Shown here: positions 1-8,573 of the stretch, one piece after another | Numbering within the stretch: position 1 is the stretch's first letter | Layout of the letters: every line of letters begins with the position of its first letter | Assembly (NCBI GenBank): GCA_028695025.1 | Contig: JAQVJV010000004.1 | Span: 1 to 56,124 of the forward strand | Length of the DNA: 56,124 bases | From: Candidatus Moraniibacteriota bacterium | GTDB taxonomy: Bacteria; Patescibacteriota; Minisyncoccia; Moranbacterales; UBA11712 | Direction of reading: 5' to 3' | Made by a program: the position numbers and the translations under genes | The notes under the pieces: model-generated | Told to the model about the DNA's origin: nothing | What the model saw: only the letters and a program-made list of their open reading frames with translations | The model's database searches: none

Positions 1-83
1 GCTTGATCGGCAGAAACATCGACTACAAAATGATGAATAATTTTTTTCAGTTGATAACTGCTGATTTTTGCCCATTTAATCAT
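1..83 (-). CDS. N-terminal fragment (runs off the window) of a possible IS1595/ISXO2-like transposase
   Basis: Reverse-strand ATG at 83..81 reads MIKWAKISSYQLKKIIHHFVVDVSADQ... This resembles the short HTH N-terminus of IS1595-family transposases. Only about 27 aa are visible. Confidence 0.3.
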   Translation of the reverse strand, partial: MIKWAKISSYQLKKIIHHFVVDVSADQ

Positions 84-86
84 ATT

Positions 87-120
87 TCTAGACTATCGAA
101 GAAAAATCTTCTAGTCTAGA
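87..120. repeat. Perfect 9-bp inverted repeat (tctagacta / tagtctaga) with a 16-nt spacer
   Basis: Read directly. It lies between the transposase-like start and the truncated-looking membrane ORF, so it could be an IS terminal structure or a terminator. Confidence 0.6.
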
Positions 121-161
121 GCCTTTTTATCTTTGGCTTTATTCCCTACATACTTGCGATT

Positions 162-644
162 TTGCGCGGTGAAACAAAACCGGCAAAGGCATCTTGGATT
201 ATTTGGGCGAGTCTTGACTACATTGTGTTCGCCGGGATGATCGCAGAGCACACGGTCAATGGTCAAATAATCGGCGCAGTAATTGGAGCAACGATCGTTA
301 TCGGCCTTGCCATGAAGTACGGCACTCCTGGCTGGACAAAAACTGACAAATTTTGCCTTGGTGGTGCATTACTCGGCATAGCGCTCTGGCTTGCTTTTAA
401 CAATCCCTCGTTTGGAATTATAACGAGTTGCGCTGTAGCATTTCTCGGGTCTATCCCTACATTTTTGTCAGCATGGAAAGATCCGAACCGCGAGGATAAG
501 TTGGCATGGACGATTTTCTGGATTTCGTGTATCTGCGCCGTTATCGCCATTCCGCAATGGAATCTAGCTAACGCCGCTCAACCGATTACTTTTTTCTCCA
601 TTGAGTCGATTGTAGTTTTTATTTTATACTTTCGCTCAAAATAA
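162..644 (+). CDS. Polytopic membrane protein of unknown family, possibly 5'-truncated
   Basis: 160-aa ORF with about 5 hydrophobic helices. The only start is TTG at 162. In-frame hydrophobic codons (SLFIFGFIPYILAI) continue upstream to a TAG at 117..119 with no ATG/GTG. Confidence 0.55.
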   Translation: MRGETKPAKASWIIWASLDYIVFAGMIAEHTVNGQIIGAVIGATIVIGLAMKYGTPGWTKTDKFCLGGALLGIALWLAFNNPSFGIITSCAVAFLGSIPTFLSAWKDPNREDKLAWTIFWISCICAVIAIPQWNLANAAQPITFFSIESIVVFILYFRSK

Positions 645-659
645 TAATGATGGTTCTAG

Positions 660-692
660 GGCGATCACAAACCAGCGTGATCGCCTTTTATA
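660..692 (+). terminator. Rho-independent terminator
   Basis: ggcgatcac / gtgatcgcc 9-bp stem with an 8-nt loop, followed by a T-rich tail (ttttat). Confidence 0.7.
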
Positions 693-731
693 ATTCCAAA
701 ATTTTAGATTCTGACTCGAATCAAGCAGGAC

Positions 732-760
732 TTGCCAAATTTTATATTACATTATATAAT
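732..760 (+). promoter_or_regulatory. Sigma70-type promoter for rpsA
   Basis: TTGCCA (732..737), 17-nt spacer, TATAAT (755..760). Confidence 0.55.
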
Positions 761-797
761 CCATAAGAATTAATTATTAATCTAACCATTAACCACC

Positions 798-2042
798 ATG
801 ATGGATAACATTTACGACACTCTAGCTCAAGAGGTCGACAAAATTTCAGAAGATAAAAAAGAGCCCAAACAAGACACAGTTGCCGAAGAATCCGAACCTA
901 CCTCGTCGGAAGACGAACAGTCGGTTTCCGGAACAACTGAACAGCCGACAACCATGTCGGATTTTTTGAACCAGCAAAAGATATCCTTCCCGCGCGTCGG
1001 CGACGTAATCGAGGGGAAAGTTGTCGCCATTGAATCAAGCGCGATATATCTCGATCTCGGCCTCTTCGGGACCGGAATCGTCCTCGGACGCGAAATCAAA
1101 GACGGACTCGGCGCCACCGACAAGCTCAAAATCGGCGACGCGGTTTCAGCGACCGTCACCGATCTTGAAAACGAAGACGGCTATGTCGAGCTTTCCGTCC
1201 GCGAAGCCTCAATCGAAAAAGCCTGGATAGACCTCGAAGAGAAACAAGCCGAAGAAGCAGTTTTCGCGGTGAAAATTTTGGACGCCAACAAGGGCGGGCT
1301 CATCGTTGAAGTGAACGGCATCACCGGATTCCTGCCGGTCTCCCAGCTTTCAAACGAACACTATCCGCGCGTGGAAGAAGGGGAAAAAAGCAAAATTTTG
1401 GAAAAATTGCGTTCATATATCGGAACCGAGATGCAAGTGAAAGTGATTGACACCGACCGCGAGAATGAAAAATTGATCGTGAGCGAAAAGGCGGCCTATA
1501 GCGACCAGGAGAAAAAAGCCGTGTCCGAGCTCCAAGTCGGCGACGTGATCGAAGGAGACGTGAGCGGCGTGGTTGACTTCGGCGCTTTCGTGAAATTCCT
1601 GCCGCCGAGCAAGGAAGACTCCGCCCGCGAAGAAGACAAGCTCGAGGGCCTGGTTCATATTTCCGAACTTGCCTGGCAACTCATCGACAACCCCCGCGAT
1701 ATCATCAAAACCGGAGACCGGGTCCGCGCCAAAATCATCGGCATCGACAATACCCGCGTTTCTCTTTCCGTGAAAGCGCTTGAAAAAGATCCTTGGGAGC
1801 AAGCCCCGAAAAAATATCAGGCCGGGGAAACCTACGACGGAGAAGTGCGGAAAATCAACCATTTTGGAGCCTTCGTATATCTTGACGAAGACATCCATGG
1901 ACTTGCCCACGTTTCCGAGCTTCTCGAAGCCAATCCGGGGAAAAACATCGAGGAAATCATCCAAGTCGGTGAAAAATACAAATGGAAAATTCTTTCCATT
2001 GAACCGAAGGAACACCGGATGGGCTTGGCGCTGGCAAAGTAA
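798..2042 (+). CDS. rpsA: 30S ribosomal protein S1 (short, 4 S1 domains, acidic N-terminal extension)
   Basis: Repeated S1-domain signatures (GDVIEGKVV..., GLIVEVNGITGFLP, GDVIEGDVSGVVDFGAFVKF, GETYDGEVRKINHFGAFVYL..HGLAHVSEL). Confidence 0.9.
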   Translation: MMDNIYDTLAQEVDKISEDKKEPKQDTVAEESEPTSSEDEQSVSGTTEQPTTMSDFLNQQKISFPRVGDVIEGKVVAIESSAIYLDLGLFGTGIVLGREIKDGLGATDKLKIGDAVSATVTDLENEDGYVELSVREASIEKAWIDLEEKQAEEAVFAVKILDANKGGLIVEVNGITGFLPVSQLSNEHYPRVEEGEKSKILEKLRSYIGTEMQVKVIDTDRENEKLIVSEKAAYSDQEKKAVSELQVGDVIEGDVSGVVDFGAFVKFLPPSKEDSAREEDKLEGLVHISELAWQLIDNPRDIIKTGDRVRAKIIGIDNTRVSLSVKALEKDPWEQAPKKYQAGETYDGEVRKINHFGAFVYLDEDIHGLAHVSELLEANPGKNIEEIIQVGEKYKWKILSIEPKEHRMGLALAK

Positions 2043-2079
2043 ATTCAAAATTAAAAGATCAAAATTCGAAAATAATCTT

Positions 2080-2637
2080 ATGATTATCTCTTTTAATGGC
2101 GATGAGGGTTCTGGAAAAAGCACAATCGCTAAAAAAATTGCTGAAGCCATAGAATATCCTAGATACTATATGGGCCAAATTTTTCGCGATATGGCCGCTA
2201 AAAGAAATATGACTTTGGTTGAATACTTGAAACTAGGCGAAACCGATCCAAGCGTCGATAAGGAAGTTGATGATCATCTCTTGAAACTTTCCAACGAACA
2301 GAAAGATTTTGTTATCGAGAGTCGGACAGCTTGGCATCTTATTCCAAATTCACTGAAAATTTATCTTTCCGTTGACGAAAAAGAAGGCGCAACCAGAATC
2401 TTCAAAGAACTCCAGGAGAAAAATTCAAGGAACGAAGATAGTCAGATTGATTCCATAGAAAATGTTCTGGCTAGCAATCGGCGAAGACGTGAAACGGATG
2501 ATCTTCGGTATAAAAAGTATTACGGCATCAATATTCGCGATCTGGGAAATTATGATTTTGTCCTGGATACCACAAATCTTTCTCCGAGTGAAGTTTTTGA
2601 AAAAACTCTGGCTTTCGTGAAAAGTAGATTGTCTTAA
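2080..2637 (+). CDS. cmk: Cytidylate kinase-family nucleotide kinase
   Basis: MIISFNGDEGSGKSTIAKKIA P-loop at the N-terminus. About 185 aa from the ATG at 2080. The longer ORF from 1780 overlaps rpsA and is not credible. Confidence 0.8.
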   Translation: MIISFNGDEGSGKSTIAKKIAEAIEYPRYYMGQIFRDMAAKRNMTLVEYLKLGETDPSVDKEVDDHLLKLSNEQKDFVIESRTAWHLIPNSLKIYLSVDEKEGATRIFKELQEKNSRNEDSQIDSIENVLASNRRRRETDDLRYKKYYGINIRDLGNYDFVLDTTNLSPSEVFEKTLAFVKSRLS

Positions 2638-2660
2638 CAACTCAAAAATATTTTTGAGTC

Positions 2661-3611
2661 ATGCAAAACCTTCTCAAAAAAATCCAGGAAAATATCTTTC
2701 GGCATGAATTGTTGGAGCGCGGGAACAAAATCATCGTGGGAATTTCCGGCGGCCCGGATTCGGTATGCCTTTTGGACATTTTCTCAAAGCTCCAAAAAAA
2801 TTATGGCTTGGAATTGGTCGTCGCTCACGTGAACTACGGCCTCCGCGGAAAAGATTCGGAAAAAGACGAGAAGCTTGTGAAAAAACTGGCCGAAAAATAT
2901 AAACTGCCTTGCGAAGTATTTCAAATTTCAAATTTCAAATTTCAAATTTCCGAGAACAATCTTCGCGATATCCGCTATAAATTCTTCGAAAAAATCAGCA
3001 AAAAACATGGATCCGACCGGCTTGCCCTCGCCCACAACCGGAACGACCAGGCTGAAACCGTGATGCTGCGCCTCTTGCGCGGATCAGGACTCCGCGGCCT
3101 TGGCGCCATGAAATTCCGAAATGAGAATATCATCCGGCCGCTTCTCAACATTTCCCGAAAAGAAATTTTGGAATATTTGCGTAAAAACAGAATTCCGTAC
3201 CGCACCGACAAATCCAACCTCAAAAACGATTTCACCCGCAACAAAGTCCGCAACCAGCTTTTTCCTTTCATCGAAAAAAATTTCAACCCGAATTTTCAAG
3301 AAGCGCTTTTCCATCTGGCCGCCGCTTCAAATGAAGACTACGGTTTCATCCGCCGCTATGCCGAAGAATGGCTCGGAAAAAAGAAAAATATACCCGTGAA
3401 AGAAATCGGTAATCTTCACCCGGCCATCCGGAACGAAGTTTTGCGCCAAGCCATCGGGAGAGAACTGGGAAATTTGCAGGAAGTGGAAAATTCCCACCTT
3501 GATGAAATTTTGAAGATTTTGAAAAGTACTAAAAATAAGCGGCAAAAATTATCCTTCAAGGGATTGAAAATTGAAAGGATTGGTGATAAGTTAGTAATTA
3601 GCAAGCTGTAA
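2661..3611 (+). CDS. tilS: tRNA(Ile)-lysidine synthase
   Basis: PP-loop motif GISGGPDSVCLL and typical TilS N-terminal domain architecture. Confidence 0.9.
   Translation: MQNLLKKIQENIFRHELLERGNKIIVGISGGPDSVCLLDIFSKLQKNYGLELVVAHVNYGLRGKDSEKDEKLVKKLAEKYKLPCEVFQISNFKFQISENNLRDIRYKFFEKISKKHGSDRLALAHNRNDQAETVMLRLLRGSGLRGLGAMKFRNENIIRPLLNISRKEILEYLRKNRIPYRTDKSNLKNDFTRNKVRNQLFPFIEKNFNPNFQEALFHLAAASNEDYGFIRRYAEEWLGKKKNIPVKEIGNLHPAIRNEVLRQAIGRELGNLQEVENSHLDEILKILKSTKNKRQKLSFKGLKIERIGDKLVISKL
2918..2950 (+). repeat. Heptanucleotide tandem repeat (ATTTCAA) x about 4.7 inside tilS
   Basis: atttcaa atttcaa atttcaa atttcaa atttcc, translated in frame as FQISNFKFQIS. Confidence 0.9.
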
Positions 3612-3638
3612 TTTGTAATCAGGATACCCGATATATTT

Positions 3639-5507
3639 ATGAAAAATTTTCTCAAAAACCTTGGCGTTGTTCTTCTTGTTTTTCTTGTCATTTCCGGAAT
3701 CGTGATGCTGTTCAACACCCCCGCGCCGAAAACCACCGATGTCACGCTCAATGAACTGGCAAGCCAAATAAACGACGGAAAAGTGAAATCCATCGAAGTG
3801 AACGGCGACAGCCTTTCCATCGCGTTGGACGACGATACTCAAGAAAAATCCCGGAAAGAAGCGGAAGCCGCCCTCACTGAATCACTCAAGAACTATGGAG
3901 TCGACCCGGTAGCGCTTCGCAATGTCAATGTCTCCATCAAAGATAGCACCACCACCGCTTTTTGGATCAACACGGTCATTCCGTTCCTCCTGCCATTCAT
4001 CATCATCGGCGTTTTTTTGTGGTATATGATGCGGTCGGCCCAGCGCGGCAACAACCAGGCCCTTTCTTTCGGACTTTCGAAAGCCCGCCTGGTTTCCCCG
4101 CAAAAAGGGAAGAAGAAAATTACATTTTCCGATGTTGCCGGAGCGGAAGAAGCCAAGGAAGAACTCAAAGAAATCGTCGAGTTTTTGAAGCACCCGAAAA
4201 AATTTCTTGATCTCGGCGCGCGCATTCCAAAAGGCGTACTTCTTCTCGGCCCTCCGGGAACCGGAAAAACCTTGATTTCAAAAGCAGTTGCCGGCGAAGC
4301 CAATGTTCCTTTTTTCAGCATTTCCGGATCGGAATTTGTGGAAATGTTCGTGGGAGTCGGAGCAAGCCGCGTCCGCGACCTTTTCAAGCAAGCTAAGAAA
4401 AGCGCTCCAGCCATTGTTTTCATCGATGAAATTGATGCCGTTGGCCGGCATCGGGGAGCAGGGCTCGGCGGGGGACACGACGAACGCGAACAAACCCTGA
4501 ACCAAATTTTGGTTGAAATGGACGGATTTGAAACGGATACCAACGTGATCGTGATTGCCGCCACCAACCGTCCCGATGTTCTTGACCCGGCCCTTCTTCG
4601 TCCCGGCCGCTTTGACCGTCGCGTAGTTTTGGATCTTCCCGACATCAAAGAGCGGGAAGCTATTCTCAAAATCCACTCAAAAAGCAAGCCTGTCGCCAAA
4701 GAAGTCGACCTCAAAAAAATTGCCGCGCGCACTCCGGGGTTTTCCGGCGCGGATATTGCCAATCTCGTGAACGAAGCGGCGATTCTCGCCGCCCGACGCG
4801 GAAAAAAGGTGATCGAGGATGATGAATTGCGCGTGTCCATTGAAAAAGTGATTCTGGGGCCGGAACGAAAGAGCAAGATATTGAACGTCAAAGAAAAAGA
4901 AGTGACAGCCTATCACGAAGCGGGGCACGCCCTCATTGCTTCAAGCCTCAAAGATGCTGATCCGGTACAGAAGGTTTCCATCATCTCGCGCGGACAAGCG
5001 GCGGGATACACTCTGAACGTTCCCCAGGAAGACAAGCGGCTATATACCCGCGCCTATTTCATCGATGAGCTGTCCGTGCTCCTCGGAGGATACGTGAGCG
5101 AGAAACTCACTTTCGGCGATGTCACTACCGGCGCTTCGAACGATTTGGAACGCGCGACCAATATCGCCCGTAATCTCGTGACAAGATACGGCATGAGCAA
5201 CCTGGGGCCGCGCACTTTCGGCCATAAGGAAGAACTCGTTTTCCTTGGGAAAGAAATCGGTGAAGACAAGAATTATTCAGAAGCCACCGCTAAAGAAATT
5301 GACGAGGAAGTTTCCCGATTCATGAGTGATGCCTACAAAACCTCCGAAAAAATCTTGACTGACAAGAAAGAAACCCTGGAACGAATTTCAAAAACACTTC
5401 TCGAAAAGGAAACGCTCGAACAGGAAGAATTCAACGAACTTCTTGAAAATCCCTCAAAAGAATCCTCCTCGAATCAAGAATCCGTTCAAAAAGAAGAAAA
5501 AAAATGA
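3639..5507 (+). CDS. ftsH: ATP-dependent zinc metalloprotease FtsH
   Basis: N-terminal TM pair, Walker A GPPGTGKT, second region of homology, and Zn site HEAGHA. Confidence 0.97.
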   Translation: MKNFLKNLGVVLLVFLVISGIVMLFNTPAPKTTDVTLNELASQINDGKVKSIEVNGDSLSIALDDDTQEKSRKEAEAALTESLKNYGVDPVALRNVNVSIKDSTTTAFWINTVIPFLLPFIIIGVFLWYMMRSAQRGNNQALSFGLSKARLVSPQKGKKKITFSDVAGAEEAKEELKEIVEFLKHPKKFLDLGARIPKGVLLLGPPGTGKTLISKAVAGEANVPFFSISGSEFVEMFVGVGASRVRDLFKQAKKSAPAIVFIDEIDAVGRHRGAGLGGGHDEREQTLNQILVEMDGFETDTNVIVIAATNRPDVLDPALLRPGRFDRRVVLDLPDIKEREAILKIHSKSKPVAKEVDLKKIAARTPGFSGADIANLVNEAAILAARRGKKVIEDDELRVSIEKVILGPERKSKILNVKEKEVTAYHEAGHALIASSLKDADPVQKVSIISRGQAAGYTLNVPQEDKRLYTRAYFIDELSVLLGGYVSEKLTFGDVTTGASNDLERATNIARNLVTRYGMSNLGPRTFGHKEELVFLGKEIGEDKNYSEATAKEIDEEVSRFMSDAYKTSEKILTDKKETLERISKTLLEKETLEQEEFNELLENPSKESSSNQESVQKEEKK

Positions 5508-6475
5508 GCGAACAAAAAAAATCACCAAAAAAACAAATTCCGTTTGTCGAGATTTTGAAGGAAGCCGCTCGAATTGTCTGGAAAAACCGGTTCCTGGTTT
5601 GGTTCGGGCTGTTTCTCGCGCTCGGATCTCCCGGCAGTTTCAATATGGGAAGCAATAACTCCGACGAACTGGGAAGCCGGGGAGAATTTTTGAGGAATTA
5701 TTTTGAATCGCACTGGCAAATTGCTACTGCTTTAGCTGTTCTCATGATCATCATCGGGATCATATTACTCCTCTTGTCGCTCATCGCCAAAGCGGGACTT
5801 GTGAAATCCGTCCATCTCATTTCTCAAAACAAAAAAACTGGTTTTCAATCCGGATGGAAAACCGGAAAAAAATATTTTGGAAAACTTTTTCAACTTTCCG
5901 TCTTGTTTTTCCTGATCATCTTCGTTCTCGTCGTAGTGCTTGCCATTCCGGTTGTTTACCTTGCCCTTAACCATTCTTGGGTAGCCGCCATCCTGGTTGG
6001 TGTTCTTGCTTTTGCCATTTTTCTTCCGCTTATTTTCGTGTTCTCGCTCACCAAGGCCTACTCCGAGTTTTATATAATCCTCTCCAATCTCTCCATCCGC
6101 TCATCTATCGAAACCGGATATGATTTGCTCATCGGAAACCTCGGCAATTCAATTGTTTTTTCACTTCTCATTTTCGCCGTTTCAGCAGCCGCTTTCCTTG
6201 TTTTTCTTCCTGTCGCCGGAATATCCCTCTTGATCCTTTTCCCGGCAGGATTGCTGTTTTACTATCTCAACAAGATCGCCTTCGGGGCCTATGTCGCGCT
6301 GGCCGCTTTGCTGTTTCTGGGCCTCATCCTGTTCCTTTCGTCAATTTTCCAAACCTATAAAACCGCCGCTTGGACCCTATTCTTCCAGGAAATCGCCAAG
6401 GTGGAAAAGCCGGAGACAGCAGAAGCCGCCGAAGAAACGGAAAAATCCATTGCCGCCGCGCCGGAAAAGGCGTAA
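5504..6475 (+). CDS. Polytopic membrane protein, unknown function
   Basis: 323 aa with about 6-7 TM helices and an acidic/Ala-rich tail. Its start overlaps the ftsH stop (ATGA). Confidence 0.7.
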   Translation: MSEQKKSPKKQIPFVEILKEAARIVWKNRFLVWFGLFLALGSPGSFNMGSNNSDELGSRGEFLRNYFESHWQIATALAVLMIIIGIILLLLSLIAKAGLVKSVHLISQNKKTGFQSGWKTGKKYFGKLFQLSVLFFLIIFVLVVVLAIPVVYLALNHSWVAAILVGVLAFAIFLPLIFVFSLTKAYSEFYIILSNLSIRSSIETGYDLLIGNLGNSIVFSLLIFAVSAAAFLVFLPVAGISLLILFPAGLLFYYLNKIAFGAYVALAALLFLGLILFLSSIFQTYKTAAWTLFFQEIAKVEKPETAEAAEETEKSIAAAPEKA

Positions 6476-6495
6476 AGAATATTTTCTTCGAAATT

Positions 6496-6528
6496 AAAAA
6501 TCTTCGCAATACTAGCGAAGATTTTTTT
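6496..6528. terminator. Bidirectional terminator hairpin
   Basis: aaaaatcttcgc / gcgaagattttt 12-bp stem with a 7-nt loop. A-run and T-run flanks lie between the convergent + gene and the - strand tRNAs. Confidence 0.8.
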
Positions 6529-6540
6529 GTGTAAATCTAG

Positions 6541-6613
6541 TGGGCAATACAGGAATCGAACCTGTGACCTTTTCCATGTCAAGGAAACGCTCTAACCACT
6601 GAGCCAATTGCCC
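6541..6613 (-). tRNA. tRNA-Val (anticodon GAC)
   Basis: The reverse complement folds as a 73-nt cloverleaf: GGGCAAT/ATTGCCC acceptor, GCTC/GAGC D stem, TTTCC-TTGACAT-GGAAA anticodon arm, ACAGG-TTCGATT-CCTGT T arm. No encoded CCA. Confidence 0.93.
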
Positions 6614-6617
6614 GATG

Positions 6618-6689
6618 TGGGACTGGTAGGGATCGAACCTACGACCAAGCGGTTATGAGCCGCGCGCTCTGCCACTGAGCTACAGTCCC
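6618..6689 (-). tRNA. tRNA with CAT anticodon (elongator Met, or Ile2 if lysidinylated by TilS)
   Basis: 72-nt cloverleaf: GGGACTG/CAGTCCC acceptor, anticodon loop CTCATAA, GTAGG-TTCGATC-CCTAC T arm. The G1:C72 pair argues against an initiator. Confidence 0.88.
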
Positions 6690-6728
6690 GAAAAAATATT
6701 CTCATATAAGCGTAATAGATTAGCCGAG

Positions 6729-6756
6729 TTGCGTCAATGGTTTTGTTTGATATACT
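6729..6756 (+). promoter_or_regulatory. Sigma70-type promoter
   Basis: TTGCGT (6729..6734), 16-nt spacer, TATACT (6751..6756), upstream of the 6789 ORF. Confidence 0.45.
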
Positions 6757-6788
6757 AAATAATAGTTACTAAATACTTGATAACAATA

Positions 6789-7076
6789 ATGCCGGAGGAA
6801 AAAGAAAAAAAACTCACCAAAACCGAAGAGCAAAAACTACATATATTCTTCATCGAAAAAGTGATCACGCTCATAACCGGCGCGATGGGGCTTGTCGCGG
6901 CGCTCGCCTGGAATGACGCAATGCGAAAACTTTTCGAACGGGTTTTCGGCACGCAGGGAGGAGGCGACGTCACCGCGATGTTCATATACGCCATAATCGT
7001 CACCGCCGCCGTGGTCATGGTCACCTATCGCCTCACCCGCTTTTCGGAGAGGCTCAAGAAGAAGAACGGGAAATAA
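6789..7076 (+). CDS. Small two-helix membrane protein (AWNDA motif, DUF5654-like)
   Basis: MPEEKEKK...GLVAALAWNDAMRKLFERVFG...FIYAIIVTAAVVMVTY. ATG at 6789 within the 6777 ORF. Confidence 0.6.
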   Translation: MPEEKEKKLTKTEEQKLHIFFIEKVITLITGAMGLVAALAWNDAMRKLFERVFGTQGGGDVTAMFIYAIIVTAAVVMVTYRLTRFSERLKKKNGK

Positions 7077-7087
7077 ACCAGATTCTT

Positions 7088-7282
7088 ATGGAACACAAAA
7101 AAGCAAAAAAGGATAACGCCCAAAAAATTCAAGATGAGATTTTTCGAAAAATGCCGGTTGAAAAAAAGCTTGAAATGCTTAATGGTTTTTTTCGCTTCGC
7201 AAAGACACTAAACACCCTTGGAAAAAACAATGGAAGAAACAGAGCTTCTAAAAAAAGTTGCGGGAGTTTTGAGGCAGCTTAA
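7088..7282 (+). CDS. Small hypothetical protein (possible partner of the downstream nucleotidyltransferase)
   Basis: 64-aa basic ORF with no SD. Its 3' end overlaps the ATG (7230) of the pseudogene. Confidence 0.3.
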   Translation: MEHKKAKKDNAQKIQDEIFRKMPVEKKLEMLNGFFRFAKTLNTLGKNNGRNRASKKSCGSFEAA

Positions 7283-7807
7283 GATACCGCACCTTATCAC
7301 TTGGCGGCGTAGCTGTCACCGTTTGGGGCCGGCCGCGTTTTACGGCTGATATTGACATAATCCTTGAGATTCTGCCATCGAAAGCGGACGAACTCGTCCA
7401 AGAACTCCGCAAAATCGATAAAGATGTTTATATAAGTGATATTGCCGTTAACCAAGCGATATCCAGCCATGGTGAATTCAACCTTATTCACCCGGATGGA
7501 ATGAAAGTTGATTTTTGGGCCTTGCGAAACGATGCCTGCACCCGCTCCCGCCTGAAGCGAAAAATTTCAAAAAAAGTCTGGGGACAAAATATGTCTTTTC
7601 TTTCTCCGGAAGATCTCATTCTCGCAAAACTCGACTGGTTCAAAAAAAAGCCAGCCCACCCGGCATTTGGAAGATATTGAATCGGTCATCGCCATCCAAA
7701 AAAAACTGGACTGGAAATACATCCGCCGCTGGGCGAAAATTCAAGGCACGGAAAAATCTCTCGATATGGTTTTGAGAAATTACGAGAGATTGAAAAACAC
7801 GCTTTAG
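7230..7807 (+). pseudogene. Nucleotidyltransferase-fold gene broken by two +1 frameshifts
   Basis: Frame 0: MEETELLKKVAGVLRQLKIPHLIT. Frame +1 from about 7303: GGVAVTVWGRPRFTADIDIILEI...LAKLDWFKK. Frame +2 after the A8 run at 7642..7649: SQPTRHLEDIESVIAIQKKLDWKYIRRWAKIQG...LKNTL stop. Joined, they read as one coherent protein of about 190 aa. Confidence 0.7.
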
Positions 7808-7924
7808 CTTTTCAAACCTACCCTCTCCTTGAGAAGCCTCGCCTCTGGCGGAAAGAAGGAGGGATGAGGTCAAAAAAATAGAGCCCGGAAAATTTTCCGA
7901 GCTCGTTTTTTGCGCGCTACTTGG

Positions 7925-8491
7925 TTAGAATCCTGATATCTGGAACGCTATTTCGCTCGGAGACATCAACGTGAAATCTTCCCTTGGTTTTTGTGATAGC
8001 CGCGCCTTATCAGAGTCCAAAAAATCATCAAAAAGGATCTGGAATGCCCGGCAAATATCCTTACCCTTCAGAATATGCACTTTTCTTGTGAGCAATCTCG
8101 ATAGCGGCGCATGGGGCTCTTCAGCCAAAACAAGTCTATCGTCAATAATAACAAAATGCTGCGAAGCATCTTCAAGACGATACCGATAGAAGAGATTGAT
8201 AATTCCATCCTCCGCCAGATCCAATACCCCGGAGCTCCTTTCTTCCAAATCTTCCCCGGCTGGCCAAATTGACAATGCCGGTCCAGCTATGAAGTCAATT
8301 TTTATTCCAGCCGCTTTTTTCTGCCTAAGCGTATCCACAATAAATGGATGGGAATATAACATCCAATGCGCTACGCCGGAAAAAAATCTAATGCACCTAT
8401 CGGCCAGCATCAGAATTTCCCTTAATTTCCCGGCCACATCTTCGATAACATCGGGAGATTCCAGATATTGAAATTCATTGATGGGAAACAT
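7925..8491 (-). CDS. Hypothetical cytoplasmic protein
   Basis: 188-aa ORF preceded by a strong SD (aaggagg) 8 nt upstream of the ATG. QHFVIIDDRLVL faintly recalls a degenerate PLD-type HxK motif. Confidence 0.7.
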   Translation of the reverse strand: MFPINEFQYLESPDVIEDVAGKLREILMLADRCIRFFSGVAHWMLYSHPFIVDTLRQKKAAGIKIDFIAGPALSIWPAGEDLEERSSGVLDLAEDGIINLFYRYRLEDASQHFVIIDDRLVLAEEPHAPLSRLLTRKVHILKGKDICRAFQILFDDFLDSDKARLSQKPREDFTLMSPSEIAFQISGF

Positions 8492-8573
8492 GGCACAAAC
8501 CTCCTTTTTTAGGTACAGAATTTTGAATTAAGCCTATATTATAGAGAATTCATCGTCAATACGAAGGCGATAT

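Noticed and set aside
1780-2079. Upstream extension of the cytidylate-kinase ORF overlapping rpsA.
   Set aside because: It is an out-of-frame read-through of the rpsA 3' end. The kinase P-loop begins right after the ATG at 2080.
3893-4891. 332-aa reverse-strand ORF inside ftsH. There are similar long antisense ORFs at 1413..2150, 15469..16107, 21788..22822, 23824..24735, 38111..38734, 41147..41776 and 42554..43150.
   Set aside because: All lie fully inside strongly supported genes on the other strand. They translate to Arg/Ser/Pro-rich low-complexity sequence and lack SDs, so they are shadow ORFs.
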